Assembly: GCA_023898465.1 (NCBI GenBank)
Contig: CP060223.1
Coordinates: 608,001 to 672,000 of the forward strand
DNA length: 64,000 bases
Direction: 5' to 3'
Origin: Candidatus Nomurabacteria bacterium
Lineage (GTDB): Bacteria > Patescibacteriota > Patescibacteriia > HK-STAS-PATE-3
Of this stretch, positions 1 through 9,981 are shown piece by piece. Numbering within the stretch: the first letter of the stretch is position 1; the number at the start of each line of letters is the position of its first letter. Position numbers and translations under genes: made by a program. The notes beneath the pieces were generated by a model. It worked only from the letters and a program-made list of their open reading frames with translations. It was not told where the DNA came from and ran no database searches.

Positions 1-1081
1 CTATGTTTTTGACGGATTAGAAAAAGGTAGCTACTGGCTAAATGAAACTATGCAAGACGGATGGGAACAAAGCTTCCCTCTTCTTGATCCGATTGGTCCG
101 TACAGCATTATCAGCGATGGCCAAGTGTTACAAGGAAGTGACTTTGGTAACCACGTAATTGATGATGGTGATAATCAAGGAGAGCGAACTCCTGTTATCA
201 CACTAGAGAAAGAGGCTCTGGCAAATGCTAGCGCAAGTGGTGCTAATGTTTCCTATCTCTTAAACTACACCGTTGCTGATGCTACAGCTACAAATCTGGT
301 CTTGGTAGATCAACTGCCACAGTACACAAACTTTATTAGCGCAAGTGACAGCGGCGTCTATGATGCAAATGCGCGAACAGTGACATGGAGCCTCGGCACA
401 GTGAATCCAGGCAGCTATTCTGTTTCCATCACCTTAGCGCTTGATGACACAATCCCGGATGGCACCGTGGTAACAAACACTGCCCTACTCTCCGGTGACC
501 GACTTACCCAAATCCAGGATAATGCAGAAGTGACTGTTTCATCTCAACCAGTCTTAAGCGTTGAAAAATTAGTAAACGTAAGTACAGCAAAAACTGGCGA
601 AACTCTGCTCTATACTGTTCGCATTAGCAACGAGGGTAGCGATGTTGCTCATAATGTTAGCTTGAGCGATGTACTGCCACAAGGATTCCTCACTACTGAA
701 AATAGCCTCGCCTCCTTCACTAAGAATTTGGGCGACCTGGCAGTTGGTGATTCCATTAGCACCTCATATGAAGTAACAGTCGGCAACAGCGTAAGCAGCG
801 GTGACTATGTAAACACTGCAACAGCCAGAGCTGACAACGCTGACCCAGTGACAGCAACTGCTACGGTAAGCGTCAGTGCTGGTCAAGTACTTGGCGTCTC
901 TGATGAAGCAAGTACAGAAGATACCAACACCGCGCAAGGTCAGGTGTTAGGTGCTGAGGACACGCTGCCAGAAACAGGTGCAGGAGTTATGGACTACCTC
1001 CTCCTCATCCTTGCTTCAGTAATTATTGTAGCTGGCGCGCTCACACTCCGCCGCAGCTACAGCCGCAGCCACCTTAACTAA
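1..1081 (+). CDS. Cell-wall-anchored surface protein (5'-partial) with DUF11-type repeat and C-terminal LPETG sorting signal
   Basis: The reading frame is open from the window edge, and the translated start has no signal peptide, so the gene begins upstream. It carries a DUF11-like motif (LLYTVRISNEGSDVAHNVSLSDVLPQGF). The C-terminus reads LPETG, then a hydrophobic stretch, then a basic tail (RRSYSRSHLN), which is a classic sortase substrate. Confidence 0.75.
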   Translation, partial: YVFDGLEKGSYWLNETMQDGWEQSFPLLDPIGPYSIISDGQVLQGSDFGNHVIDDGDNQGERTPVITLEKEALANASASGANVSYLLNYTVADATATNLVLVDQLPQYTNFISASDSGVYDANARTVTWSLGTVNPGSYSVSITLALDDTIPDGTVVTNTALLSGDRLTQIQDNAEVTVSSQPVLSVEKLVNVSTAKTGETLLYTVRISNEGSDVAHNVSLSDVLPQGFLTTENSLASFTKNLGDLAVGDSISTSYEVTVGNSVSSGDYVNTATARADNADPVTATATVSVSAGQVLGVSDEASTEDTNTAQGQVLGAEDTLPETGAGVMDYLLLILASVIIVAGALTLRRSYSRSHLN

Positions 1082-1087
1082 GAAACA

Positions 1088-2101
1088 ATGCGTACACGGC
1101 AAAACCTCACTGTCATCCTTATCACTTTAGGCCTTCTGACAGGAGGTTTTGCTTCTGCGCAGAGCATCGAGCGGCCAACCCAAACGCAAGTTCCAATTGT
1201 ACAGTTAGCGCTAGATGGCCCAAGCCAAGTAGATGCTGGGGCTACTTTTACCTACACACTTCGCTACTCAATTAGCGATTTCAGCACGAGTAATGTTGTC
1301 CTCTCTTTAGCGCTCCCGGCCCGAGCTATTCTGCTTGAGAATAGTGGTAATGGCGCAATCAACGATGTGACGCAAAGTGTAGAATGGAGTTACTCAAACA
1401 AGGAAATTGGCGACTATACCGAGACTGCCACATTTAGCGCCTTAACACCTGCGCCAAATGGTACGGAAATATCTTTTCAGGCAACACTAGACAGTGACGA
1501 GACTGAGGTAATTTCCGCGCAAGCAAACAGCGCAATAATGTCGAGCCCTAAGCTTGAATATCGCTCTCAGCTTTCCTCCCCTATTCTCCAGCCTGGTGGT
1601 GAAATAACCGTAACACTCACTATTGATAATTCTGGTTCTGATGATGCAAATGGTGTGCAATTACATGAAGTACTTCCAGAAGGACTGCATTCCGCTGATC
1701 AAGGAGAGTTGTCATACTCACTCGGCACAATTCCAGCTGGTCAGCAGGTCGAAGTAAGTTATCCGGTGCGCGCTGATGCAGGATTACTCAATCAAGAATA
1801 TATTGGCAAGTTAGCGTTAAGTGCTACAAATGTAGCAATGCAAACATCTGACCATATTTATATTGTTCGGCAGCCTCTCGTTCTAGGAGCAGAGGCTGAG
1901 GCTCTAAATCAAACAAGTCAGGAGTCTGCAGCTCAAGAAGGACAAGTACTCGGCGCAGAGACTGAGTTAAGTCCAACAGGTATGAGCTTCTGGGATTGGC
2001 TACTCATCTATGCTGCCGCTCTCTTATTAGCCCTAGGTGTAACGACTCTTATTTTCGCCCCTCACAGTAAAGAACACGATAAGCGCATTGAAGAAAAATA
2101 A
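1088..2101 (+). CDS. Secreted DUF11-repeat surface protein with non-canonical LSPTG sorting signal
   Basis: It has an N-terminal signal peptide (MRTRQNLTVILITLGLLTGGFASA) and a DUF11-like motif (ITVTLTIDNSGSDDANGVQLHEVLPEGL). The C-terminus is ...GQVLGAETELSPTG, followed by a TM helix and a charged tail. Its stop overlaps the sortase start (TAATG). Confidence 0.7.
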   Translation: MRTRQNLTVILITLGLLTGGFASAQSIERPTQTQVPIVQLALDGPSQVDAGATFTYTLRYSISDFSTSNVVLSLALPARAILLENSGNGAINDVTQSVEWSYSNKEIGDYTETATFSALTPAPNGTEISFQATLDSDETEVISAQANSAIMSSPKLEYRSQLSSPILQPGGEITVTLTIDNSGSDDANGVQLHEVLPEGLHSADQGELSYSLGTIPAGQQVEVSYPVRADAGLLNQEYIGKLALSATNVAMQTSDHIYIVRQPLVLGAEAEALNQTSQESAAQEGQVLGAETELSPTGMSFWDWLLIYAAALLLALGVTTLIFAPHSKEHDKRIEEK

Positions 2102-2793
2102 TGCCAAGCGATACCAAGGCCTCGGGGGAGCTCAAACAAACTAAGCAGAGCAGTAAGGCAATGCCACAGATTGGATGGAGTCAGCGACGACTTCGCACAG
2201 TGCGTATTCTGGCTATTGTACTTATTCTTATTGGAATTGGCGTTATCCTCTACCCCTTCTTCCCTGCCATTCGCTACGAGCTTTTTCATCCAGAACCCGC
2301 ATATCCCTACAGCACTAAACTACAAGAAACGAATGTCGAGGAAAATGGTGGACACCTCCCAGACGTTGCTGATACACTCCCCTCAGAAAGCCGCCTCGTC
2401 ATCCCAAAAATTGGGGTGAACATGCAGATTGTTGAAGGAGAGAATGAGTCCGCACTTTTCCGCGGATCATGGCGTTTGCCGCAAACTTCGACACCTGAAA
2501 AAGGCGGCAATACAGTCCTGACTGTGCATCGCTTCCAGTATCTCGCCGGACCCAATACCCTCGCCCTGGCTGATCGTTTAGAGGCTGGCGATATCGTGAT
2601 AGTGTATTGGAAAGGACAGGATGGACAAGTAAAAGAGTACGACTACCAAATAAGCAAAACGTATTTAGTCGACCCGCACCAGGTGGAAATCCTCGACAAC
2701 ACTGAGGAGCCTAAACTCACACTTTTCACCTGCGCCCCAATGTTTTCAACCAAACAACGACTCGTTATTGACGGAGCATTAATAGAAAATTAA
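2101..2793 (+). CDS. Sortase (transpeptidase)
   Basis: It has an N-terminal membrane anchor. The conserved His sits in VLTVHRF, the catalytic Cys in the TLxTC signature (KLTLFTCAP), and the Arg in KQRLVIDG. It lies immediately downstream of the two sorting-signal proteins. Confidence 0.8.
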   Translation: MPSDTKASGELKQTKQSSKAMPQIGWSQRRLRTVRILAIVLILIGIGVILYPFFPAIRYELFHPEPAYPYSTKLQETNVEENGGHLPDVADTLPSESRLVIPKIGVNMQIVEGENESALFRGSWRLPQTSTPEKGGNTVLTVHRFQYLAGPNTLALADRLEAGDIVIVYWKGQDGQVKEYDYQISKTYLVDPHQVEILDNTEEPKLTLFTCAPMFSTKQRLVIDGALIEN

Positions 2794-2805
2794 CTATTCA
2801 CCGAT

Positions 2806-3879
2806 ATGGCTATGACTAAACCGCAAACTGTTGGAGGGATGCGAACAATGTCGTGGCGAACTATGCTGAAAAGCATATTCATCGCTGCGTTCGTCTTAGT
2901 AAGTGCCAGCTGGACAAGCACCGTCCTGGCTGAAGAGGCAAATATTGACCTCGTAATCTCCCCTACTCAAGCAGGGATCACGGCGGGAGAAAGTATGCAA
3001 TTCAGCCTGCAGGCCACTAATCGCGATACTGGTGCAAGCTGGGATGCAACTAACTACGCGAGCTTTAGCACTACCGATCCAACCGGCACAATCACTGGGG
3101 GTCTTTATCAGGCTCGCAGTGCCGGGACCTGGACTATTAACGCTGACTACTCCGGCCGTACTATCAGCACGAAGGTAAATGTCACACCTGGCCCTGTTCA
3201 GCACATCGTAATTGATCCGAACTCTTATCCTGAGTATGTCACCGTGACGAAAGTGAAACAGTTCAGCGCTCGAGCCTATGACGCTTGGAATAACCAAATT
3301 TCAAATCCTGAGCTTCGTTGGTCATTAAGCGGAAATATCGGCACCCTCAGTACTGAGGGAGTCTTTACTGCTACGCAAGTTGGCGAAGGCACTATAACCG
3401 TAAGTTCTGAAACTGTCAGCGCCAAAGTAGACGTGGTTGGTCAAACCGCTCGAGTGGTAAATACAAATGTAAGCACTAGTAATGCCAACACATCAAATAG
3501 CAATGTGAGTGAAGAAAATGAGAGTACAAGCGGTGAAGTACTCGGTGAAAATGATGAAATGACTGGTGATGAAGAAATGATGACTGATGAGGAAGCGAAC
3601 GAAGCAAGTTGCTGGGATATCCACTGGTGGGGATGGCTACTCACTATGATCGTTTACTTCGTTCTCCTCTACGGATTCTACTACATGGTTCGAGGCACTG
3701 ATGACAGCTGGATCTGGATTGGACCCGTAGTTCTTACTGCCGCGGCTCTGGCAATCTTCTTTGCCTTCCGCTGCGACGGCACTGCAGCCTGGTTCCCCTG
3801 GCTAAGTATCATCGGCGGACTCTTGATCACGCTTTTCCGCCCATTAAAGTTCGTACCAAAAAACGGCGACTCTCTCTAA
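2806..3879 (+). CDS. Membrane-anchored surface protein (signal peptide, Ig-like/beta-rich ectodomain, acidic linker, C-terminal TM helices)
   Basis: It has a signal peptide. It carries an EVLGEN...MTG segment that resembles the QVLGAE...TG segment of the two upstream proteins. It has several C-terminal hydrophobic helices instead of an LPXTG motif. Confidence 0.5.
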   Translation: MAMTKPQTVGGMRTMSWRTMLKSIFIAAFVLVSASWTSTVLAEEANIDLVISPTQAGITAGESMQFSLQATNRDTGASWDATNYASFSTTDPTGTITGGLYQARSAGTWTINADYSGRTISTKVNVTPGPVQHIVIDPNSYPEYVTVTKVKQFSARAYDAWNNQISNPELRWSLSGNIGTLSTEGVFTATQVGEGTITVSSETVSAKVDVVGQTARVVNTNVSTSNANTSNSNVSEENESTSGEVLGENDEMTGDEEMMTDEEANEASCWDIHWWGWLLTMIVYFVLLYGFYYMVRGTDDSWIWIGPVVLTAAALAIFFAFRCDGTAAWFPWLSIIGGLLITLFRPLKFVPKNGDSL

Positions 3880-3896
3880 TTCGTCGCTACAAAAAA

Positions 3897-3921
3897 CCCT
3901 GGCAGAGCGTCAGGGTTTTTT
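3897..3921. terminator. Bidirectional rho-independent terminator between convergent genes
   Basis: The sequence is aaaaaa-CCCTG-gcagagcgt-CAGGG-tttttt, a GC stem flanked by an A-run and a T-run. Confidence 0.7.
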
Positions 3922-3933
3922 GTTTGTCGCTTT

Positions 3934-4749
3934 TTAAAGCCAGAATATGATAAGCAAGATGCCGAGTGCGATACGATACCAGGCAAATCCTCGTAAGGTG
4001 TGTGACTGAAAAAAACGAAGTAGGAAACGAATAGCAATAAGACCGGTAATGAAGGAGCTGGCAAAACCTAAAAGCATAGTAAATATCTCTTGACTGTCTA
4101 CGCCCTGGGATGCAAGCTCAGCTAAAACCTTCACTGCAGCCGCAAAGACAATCGGGACAGATAGCAAAAAGGAAAAGCGAGCTGCATCATAGTGACGTAA
4201 TCCAAGGAAGCGTCCTGCCACAATAGTGCTACCTGAACGGGAAATACCAGGCACCAGGGCTAAAGCTTGTGCTAAGCCAATCCAAATAACATCTTTAAAG
4301 GCAATGCTCTCCCCTGTGCGATTAGCCTCCTGACGATCTGCCCAGAAGAAAAAGAGACCGCCGATGAATAAAGTTACCCCAACGGAAACAGCGCTCCGGA
4401 ATGTATCAGCTAAGAAGGATTCAAAAAATAATCCAACGAGAGCGGCCGGAATACTGCCTACCACGAGATACCAAAACATACGACGTTCACGTGAATCTGA
4501 TTGATCAGGCCTCCGTGTTATTGATCGAATTCCTGCTAAGAAAATACGCCAAAGGTCGCGACGGAAAAAAACCAACAAGGCACATAAGGTACCCACGTGA
4601 AGAGCAACATCAAAAGCTAAAGCATCAGCAGCTGAAAAATCAGGCCAAATAGCATGGAGTACGACAAGATGACCAGAGCTCGATATTGGAAAGAATTCAG
4701 TAACCCCCTGCACTAGACCAAAGAGAATCGACAAGAGCGCATCAAACAT
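3934..4749 (-). CDS. uppP: Undecaprenyl-diphosphatase (BacA/UppP)
   Basis: The N-terminus (MFDALLSILFGLVQGVTEFFPISSSGHLVV) and the GISRSGSTI motif are characteristic of the UppP family. It is a multi-TM protein. Confidence 0.9.
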   Translation of the reverse strand: MFDALLSILFGLVQGVTEFFPISSSGHLVVLHAIWPDFSAADALAFDVALHVGTLCALLVFFRRDLWRIFLAGIRSITRRPDQSDSRERRMFWYLVVGSIPAALVGLFFESFLADTFRSAVSVGVTLFIGGLFFFWADRQEANRTGESIAFKDVIWIGLAQALALVPGISRSGSTIVAGRFLGLRHYDAARFSFLLSVPIVFAAAVKVLAELASQGVDSQEIFTMLLGFASSFITGLIAIRFLLRFFQSHTLRGFAWYRIALGILLIIFWL

Positions 4750-4761
4750 AGAAAAGTAAAC

Positions 4762-5631
4762 TTAATGAAGTACCTGACATTTGGGGCAATAGTGGGCTGA
4801 GCGTCCACCTATTTTTTCCCGCTTCAATATGGTACCACATTGGTGACAGTTTTGCCCGTCTCTACCATAGGCATGTAGATATTTTTGCATGCTTCCTCCC
4901 ATACCTTTCCCTTTACCAAAGTGGTGAAAGGTCGTCCCCTTTTTAGTCACGGCTAACTTTATTATTCTGAGTATTGCCCGATACAAGGCTAATAATTCTT
5001 GATTATTTAGACTGACCACTCGACGTCGTGGATGAACCCTAGCCGCGTAATTTACTTCATCGGCATATATATTACCCAGACCAGCCAAAACTCTCTGGTC
5101 CAATAGCGCATCTTTAATTCTCGCTTTAGGATGTCGATGTAGTCGTTCCAAAAAAGTCTGGAAGCGAAGCTGTTGATTAGGTTCAGGACCTAAGCCTAAA
5201 GATTGAAACCACGTAGCTAATTGACCAGTCTTACGACAATGCAGGTAGGCAAAGCGACGCTGATCATTAAAAAATAGTTGCGTGTTGTCGGAAAGCAAAA
5301 ACACAGCCCCAGTGAAGGTATTTGGCAAATTTTGCAAACCATTGTGAATTGGATGTCCCCCAACCCTTATTACACCTTCCGCGTTGCGATGAATAAGCTG
5401 GCCAGTCATTTTTAAATGCACACAAAGGGTGTAGCCATTATCAAGCTCTAGTAAAAATATTTTTGCTCGTCTTTTTACTGCGGTGATTTTTGCATGTACG
5501 GCGCGCTTAACTGAATATGGAGATTCTTTCACTAACTTCGGATGAAATATTTGGATAGATAAAATCTCCCGGTTTTTTAATACGGGCTGTAAAACTCGTC
5601 GGAGTGTCTCGACTTCCGGTAACTCAGGCAT
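4762..5631 (-). CDS. mutM: Formamidopyrimidine-DNA glycosylase
   Basis: The N-terminus MPELPEVETLRR carries the catalytic Pro2/Glu3. The C-terminus has a zinc finger (CxxCG...YCPKCQ). Confidence 0.85.
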   Translation of the reverse strand: MPELPEVETLRRVLQPVLKNREILSIQIFHPKLVKESPYSVKRAVHAKITAVKRRAKIFLLELDNGYTLCVHLKMTGQLIHRNAEGVIRVGGHPIHNGLQNLPNTFTGAVFLLSDNTQLFFNDQRRFAYLHCRKTGQLATWFQSLGLGPEPNQQLRFQTFLERLHRHPKARIKDALLDQRVLAGLGNIYADEVNYAARVHPRRRVVSLNNQELLALYRAILRIIKLAVTKKGTTFHHFGKGKGMGGSMQKYLHAYGRDGQNCHQCGTILKREKIGGRSAHYCPKCQVLH

Positions 5632-5637
5632 CCAAGA

Positions 5638-5973
5638 CTACTCGCTACTCAATCCTAAATCGCTCAACTGCAACTCGACCCACTCTCCACTTTCTGGGTC
5701 CTGGCGAAAGAGTTGCAAGAAATCAACTGTCTCGGTGTCGCTATACTCTTTTTCAATCTGCACATCTCCACCAATGCGCTTTGATACAATCGCCTTCTCT
5801 CCCACAAATCGTCCGCGTACGCTACGACTTAATTTCATGTTTCCTTGGGGGCCACGAAAAATAAGTGTCTCGGTAGCACCGTGTCCATCCTCGTCTGGCT
5901 CAGTCGACCTCGACTGTAAATCCAGCTTCTCCTCTATCATCTCACAAATTTCTTCCCATTTTTCATCAAGCAT
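5638..5973 (-). CDS. Hypothetical acidic protein
   Basis: The ORF overlaps the upstream receiver gene by 8 nt and is co-oriented with it. I recognised no family. Confidence 0.35.
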   Translation of the reverse strand: MLDEKWEEICEMIEEKLDLQSRSTEPDEDGHGATETLIFRGPQGNMKLSRSVRGRFVGEKAIVSKRIGGDVQIEKEYSDTETVDFLQLFRQDPESGEWVELQLSDLGLSSE

Positions 5974-6448
5974 ATTGTTTTTCTTCTGGACTCAATTTGT
6001 TATGCTCCTGATTTGCCCGCTCCTCTGCTTCTAAAAATCCAGCTATTTTTGGATCAACTTCCAATTTCGGAATCTTGCCTGCCAGGAAATCACGCACTCG
6101 ACTCACTAAAGCATGAGGGTCGAAATTTGACTTCACAATAAAATCATTACCACCTAGGTATGCCACACGCTGCTGACTTACCATATCCCCTAAGTTTGAA
6201 ATTACCATAATAGGCAATTTCTTTGTCTCAGGATCTGCACGCAAAATTCTAATTACCTCATAGCCGTCAATTTTAGGCATGAGTAAATCAGCTAAAACTA
6301 AATCTGGCTTAAACTCCTTTACCTCCGCTAATACTCGAGAAGCATCAGCTAAGGCTAGTACGGTAAAACCTGACTTCTCGAAAAGTACCCGGTAGAGTCG
6401 TCGGATCGTTTCAGTGTCTTCGAGAATAAGAATTCGTGTTGTAGCCAT
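5966..6448 (-). CDS. Stand-alone response-regulator receiver (REC) protein with short C-terminal tail
   Basis: It has the acidic pair (ILEDTE), the phospho-acceptor Asp in LVLADLLMPKIDG, Ser/Thr in VISNL and Lys in DFIVK. There is no output domain. Confidence 0.8.
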   Translation of the reverse strand: MATTRILILEDTETIRRLYRVLFEKSGFTVLALADASRVLAEVKEFKPDLVLADLLMPKIDGYEVIRILRADPETKKLPIMVISNLGDMVSQQRVAYLGGNDFIVKSNFDPHALVSRVRDFLAGKIPKLEVDPKIAGFLEAEERANQEHNKLSPEEKQYA

Positions 6449-6498
6449 ATATTTTCCTCCTGGAATTAGGATATCAAATGAATGCGTTCATGACCAGC

Positions 6499-7284
6499 TT
6501 ACTTGTCTTCGGGCAGCTCATTTTTCTCGATTTTTTGGAGAATTTTTGCCCAGGGTAATTTTACCAAGGCATAAATCAAAAAAACGAAAAGAAGAAATAA
6601 AAATGCATTCATTATTACGCTGCCAAGGGAAATTTCTGTGCTAAATACCACATCATGAGCAAAAAGACCCAGAATCGCAATGCCTAGTCCTGCAAGAATC
6701 TTGCCAAAAAGCATGGCGGGTATCAGGTGCCAGAGTGGATAACGTATCATACCCAAGGGTAAAGTGAGCATATCATCGGGTAGAGGTAAACTAGCAAAAG
6801 CAACAATCAAGACTTGAGTTACTACAGGGCGACGATGCACAAAGGCTCTAATAGCCTGATAAGAAGCTGGTCTTTTCCTTTTAAATAGACTTGAGCCAGA
6901 CCACCCCACACCATAACTCACTAATTCGCCCAGGGTTGCCCCCAGGCCGGTCAAAATACCTAGCCAAAGTGGATGGAGACCAAAAGCGGCCAGGAAAAAA
7001 ACGACCGCCGCATACGGTAAAGGACTAAAAACAGTAATATTGCCAATTATGGAAACAATGAAGGTGCCGAGATATCCATACCGAATAGCAGCATCTTGCC
7101 AAGCCTCTGACCACTCAGCCACGCTTCTCTGTGTAGCTGGGTGGGTAAGGAAGAAAACGCTCGCCCCAACAATACAAAGAAAGGAAATTAGTAAAAACCA
7201 CTCTTCCGCGCCCCAGTGTTTTTCAAACACGCCGAAGATATAGCGCTGTTGCTTCTCAGGATTTTCCCTTTTTTCCTCGTCCAC
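6499..7284 (-). CDS. DedA/VTT-family membrane protein
   Basis: It is multi-TM. It carries G-rich DedA-like motifs (GNITVFSPLPY...GATLGELVSYGVG, LGMIRYP...FGKILAG). Confidence 0.55.
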   Translation of the reverse strand: MDEEKRENPEKQQRYIFGVFEKHWGAEEWFLLISFLCIVGASVFFLTHPATQRSVAEWSEAWQDAAIRYGYLGTFIVSIIGNITVFSPLPYAAVVFFLAAFGLHPLWLGILTGLGATLGELVSYGVGWSGSSLFKRKRPASYQAIRAFVHRRPVVTQVLIVAFASLPLPDDMLTLPLGMIRYPLWHLIPAMLFGKILAGLGIAILGLFAHDVVFSTEISLGSVIMNAFLFLLFVFLIYALVKLPWAKILQKIEKNELPEDK

Positions 7285-8560
7285 GCTTTTGTCGATAACT
7301 AATATAATAGCGACGACCGGCTAGGCGGGCTGGTAAATAACTTTGTTTCCCCTCTTCTGCATCATAGTCATGCGAGTATTTGTAATCACGTCCATAACCT
7401 AAATCTTTCATTAGACTGGTTGGCGCATTACGTAAGTGTAAAGGCACGGCCTCGTTCATACTCTCACGCACATCCTTTTGCGCACGTAATAATGCTTGAT
7501 AGGTACTATTATTCTTAGGGGCGAGAGCGAGCGCAATCGCACAATGCGAGAGATTAAGGGCGCATTCTGGCAAGCCAATGCTTTGAACTGCTTGAAAGGC
7601 GGCAATAGCCAGCGGCAACGCATTTGGATCAGCTAATGACACATCCTCGGAAGCAAAAATAACCATACGACGAGCAATGAAAAGTGGGTCCTGGCCGACT
7701 TCCAACATTCGCGCAAGCCAATAGACGGCTCCATCTGGATCAGACCCACGCATCGATTTAATAAAAGCAGAAATAATGTTGTAGTGTTCCTCGCCCTTTT
7801 TATCAAAAAGCAGATGTCGTTTTTGTATAGCACTTTGCACATGCGCTAAGGTGAGATGCCGCACTCCTTTTGCATCAGGCGCCGCAGTTTTGACGGCGAT
7901 CTCTAAGCTATTAAGCAGGGCGCGAGCATCTCCATTAGCTTCTCCGAGGAGGAAATCAACGGCCTTGGGTGCAAGTTTTGCCTTATACTCTCCATACCCT
8001 CGCAACTTATCACTCAGTGCACGTTTCAACAGCTTTGCTAAATCCTCAGGGCTATGTCGCTCTAAAACATATACCTGACATCGAGAAAGAAGCGGGGCAA
8101 TAATTTCGAAAGAGGGATTTTCGGTCGTGGCACCAATTAACACAATTTCACCATTTTCAACATGTGGCAAAAAAGCATCTTGCTGGGCTTTATTCCAGCG
8201 ATGAATTTCATCCACAAAAAGAATAGTCCGACGACCATGAAATCGCCAGTCATCGCCAGCTTGCTGAACCACTTTACGCAAATCAGCAATGCCCGAAGTA
8301 ACGGCAGACATCTGGATAAATTTTGCCTGAGTCTGCTCAGCAATCAATCGAGCGAGCGTGGTTTTACCCGACCCGGGCGGCCCCCAGAGAATCATGGAAT
8401 AGAGCTCGTCGTTCTGAATCGCCTGCCGTAGGGCCGCTTCCTCTCCGGCCACCTGCTCCTGACCTAGGAACTCAGTAAAGCTCTTTGGCCGCATCCTATC
8501 AGCTAAAGGAGCAGTTCGATCTCGCTCAGGTGCGCGTGCATTCGTAAATAAGTCTTCCAT
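7256..8560 (-). CDS. rarA: Replication-associated recombination protein A (AAA+ ATPase)
   Basis: It has a Walker A motif ([17 protein letters not shown]), a Walker B motif (ILFVDEIHR) and the MgsA C-terminal region. Confidence 0.85.
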   Translation of the reverse strand: MEDLFTNARAPERDRTAPLADRMRPKSFTEFLGQEQVAGEEAALRQAIQNDELYSMILWGPPGSGKTTLARLIAEQTQAKFIQMSAVTSGIADLRKVVQQAGDDWRFHGRRTILFVDEIHRWNKAQQDAFLPHVENGEIVLIGATTENPSFEIIAPLLSRCQVYVLERHSPEDLAKLLKRALSDKLRGYGEYKAKLAPKAVDFLLGEANGDARALLNSLEIAVKTAAPDAKGVRHLTLAHVQSAIQKRHLLFDKKGEEHYNIISAFIKSMRGSDPDGAVYWLARMLEVGQDPLFIARRMVIFASEDVSLADPNALPLAIAAFQAVQSIGLPECALNLSHCAIALALAPKNNSTYQALLRAQKDVRESMNEAVPLHLRNAPTSLMKDLGYGRDYKYSHDYDAEEGKQSYLPARLAGRRYYISYRQKRGRGKKGKS

Positions 8561-8612
8561 AGTACAACCGAAGAATAGCCAAAAACAGCCTTCCTGGCAA
8601 CGCCTGCCTTAG

Positions 8613-9293
8613 CTATTGAGGAAGGTTTTTCTGCTCAGGGTTAACCGGATAGACGTATGAAATAGCCTGGCCACTTAACCACCACGCAAAGCTCGCTACC
8701 ACGATTCCGGCTAATGGATCAAGCACATAGTGTTGCTTCAGGAGTACAGTGGAGAGGATGATGCTAAGTCCCAGTACTATGAAGAACGCTCGCCAATAAC
8801 GATTTCGCACTATGGTCAATGTCGAGAGCAATAATATGACAGTGGTGTAGGTATGACCTGATGGGAAGGAATTATACCGTCTCCCCTGCCCATAGACCCA
8901 CTTCAAAATTTGGTCAAAGCCGTTTTGAACTTCCAGATCTGGGCGTGGAACAGTTGATTGATAGCTTAAATAAATTATGTAAGCCATTACCACCGCGAAG
9001 AGCATGGCAAGCATGAAGCGAAGGTAGGCTTTTGGAAGTCGCCACAAGGTCCAAAGCACATAGGCTGCGCCCCAGCCAAAAAAGCCAAACACATAGACAA
9101 TGACAAATTCTGACACAATGGGAAGCTGATCATCAATAGGCAGCTTAAATGAATGCACTGTCCCCCAGGCTTGATTGATCGGAAAATATAGGGAAAAAAT
9201 TCCAGCCATTAAAACAAGAATTGCAAAACGACCTATGGGCGTACTTAGGTCGATGAAAAGCTTAGGTGATGTTTTTTTCTGCATGTGATTCAT
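8613..9293 (-). CDS. PAP2-family membrane phosphatase (candidate undecaprenyl-PP/lipid phosphatase)
   Basis: It has the PAP2 motifs PSGH (SFPSGHT) and the His/Asp region (KQHYVLDPLAG). It is multi-TM. Its start overlaps the uppS stop. Confidence 0.6.
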   Translation of the reverse strand: MNHMQKKTSPKLFIDLSTPIGRFAILVLMAGIFSLYFPINQAWGTVHSFKLPIDDQLPIVSEFVIVYVFGFFGWGAAYVLWTLWRLPKAYLRFMLAMLFAVVMAYIIYLSYQSTVPRPDLEVQNGFDQILKWVYGQGRRYNSFPSGHTYTTVILLLSTLTIVRNRYWRAFFIVLGLSIILSTVLLKQHYVLDPLAGIVVASFAWWLSGQAISYVYPVNPEQKNLPQ

Positions 9294-9979
9294 GAGCCGA
9301 AGCGACGTTGCCGCTTTTGAAAGTCTTGGATCACTCGAATAATATCACGTCGAGTCACGGCTGGCCAATGCTTCTTGAGAAAGAAAAATTCGGCGTATTC
9401 TGCTTGCCACAAGAGATAACCTGAGCTGCGCTGCTCGCCCGAAGTTCTTAGGATCAAGTCCGGCGACGGTAAATCTGGCTGATATAAATACTGGGCAATG
9501 GTTTTTTGATCTATCTTTTCAGCAGGAATTTTCTCCTTTACAATTTTTTTCACTGCATCAACAATCTCATTCCTCCCGCCATAATTCAAACAAAGCTGCA
9601 CAATACCTCGTTTGTTCTGAGCGGTCTTCTCTATAGCTGCCTGAAGTAGTTTTTGTAGCTTATTAGGAAATTCATCCATGCGACCAGACACACGGAGCTG
9701 GATACCCTGCTCATGAAAGCGATCAATCCGATCAGTTAATAGATGAGCAAACATGGCCAAGAGATATTGAACCTCACGTTTCGGGCGTGTCCAGTTTTCC
9801 GATGAAAAGCCCCAGAAGGTCATCACTTTTACGCCCTGGTCAATTGCCGCAAAACAAACCTCTTCGGTCACGTCAGCCCCACGACGGTGTCCTTCTAAGC
9901 TTGGCAAATGATTATCCTTTGCCCAGCGTCGGTTTCCGTCAGGGATAATCGCGATATGTTGGGGAACTTTCTGCGTCAT
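9290..9979 (-). CDS. uppS: Undecaprenyl-diphosphate synthase (cis-isoprenyl transferase)
   Basis: HIAIIPDGNRRWA is the signature N-terminal motif of the UPPS family. Confidence 0.9.
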   Translation of the reverse strand: MTQKVPQHIAIIPDGNRRWAKDNHLPSLEGHRRGADVTEEVCFAAIDQGVKVMTFWGFSSENWTRPKREVQYLLAMFAHLLTDRIDRFHEQGIQLRVSGRMDEFPNKLQKLLQAAIEKTAQNKRGIVQLCLNYGGRNEIVDAVKKIVKEKIPAEKIDQKTIAQYLYQPDLPSPDLILRTSGEQRSSGYLLWQAEYAEFFFLKKHWPAVTRRDIIRVIQDFQKRQRRFGS

Positions 9980-9981
9980 AA

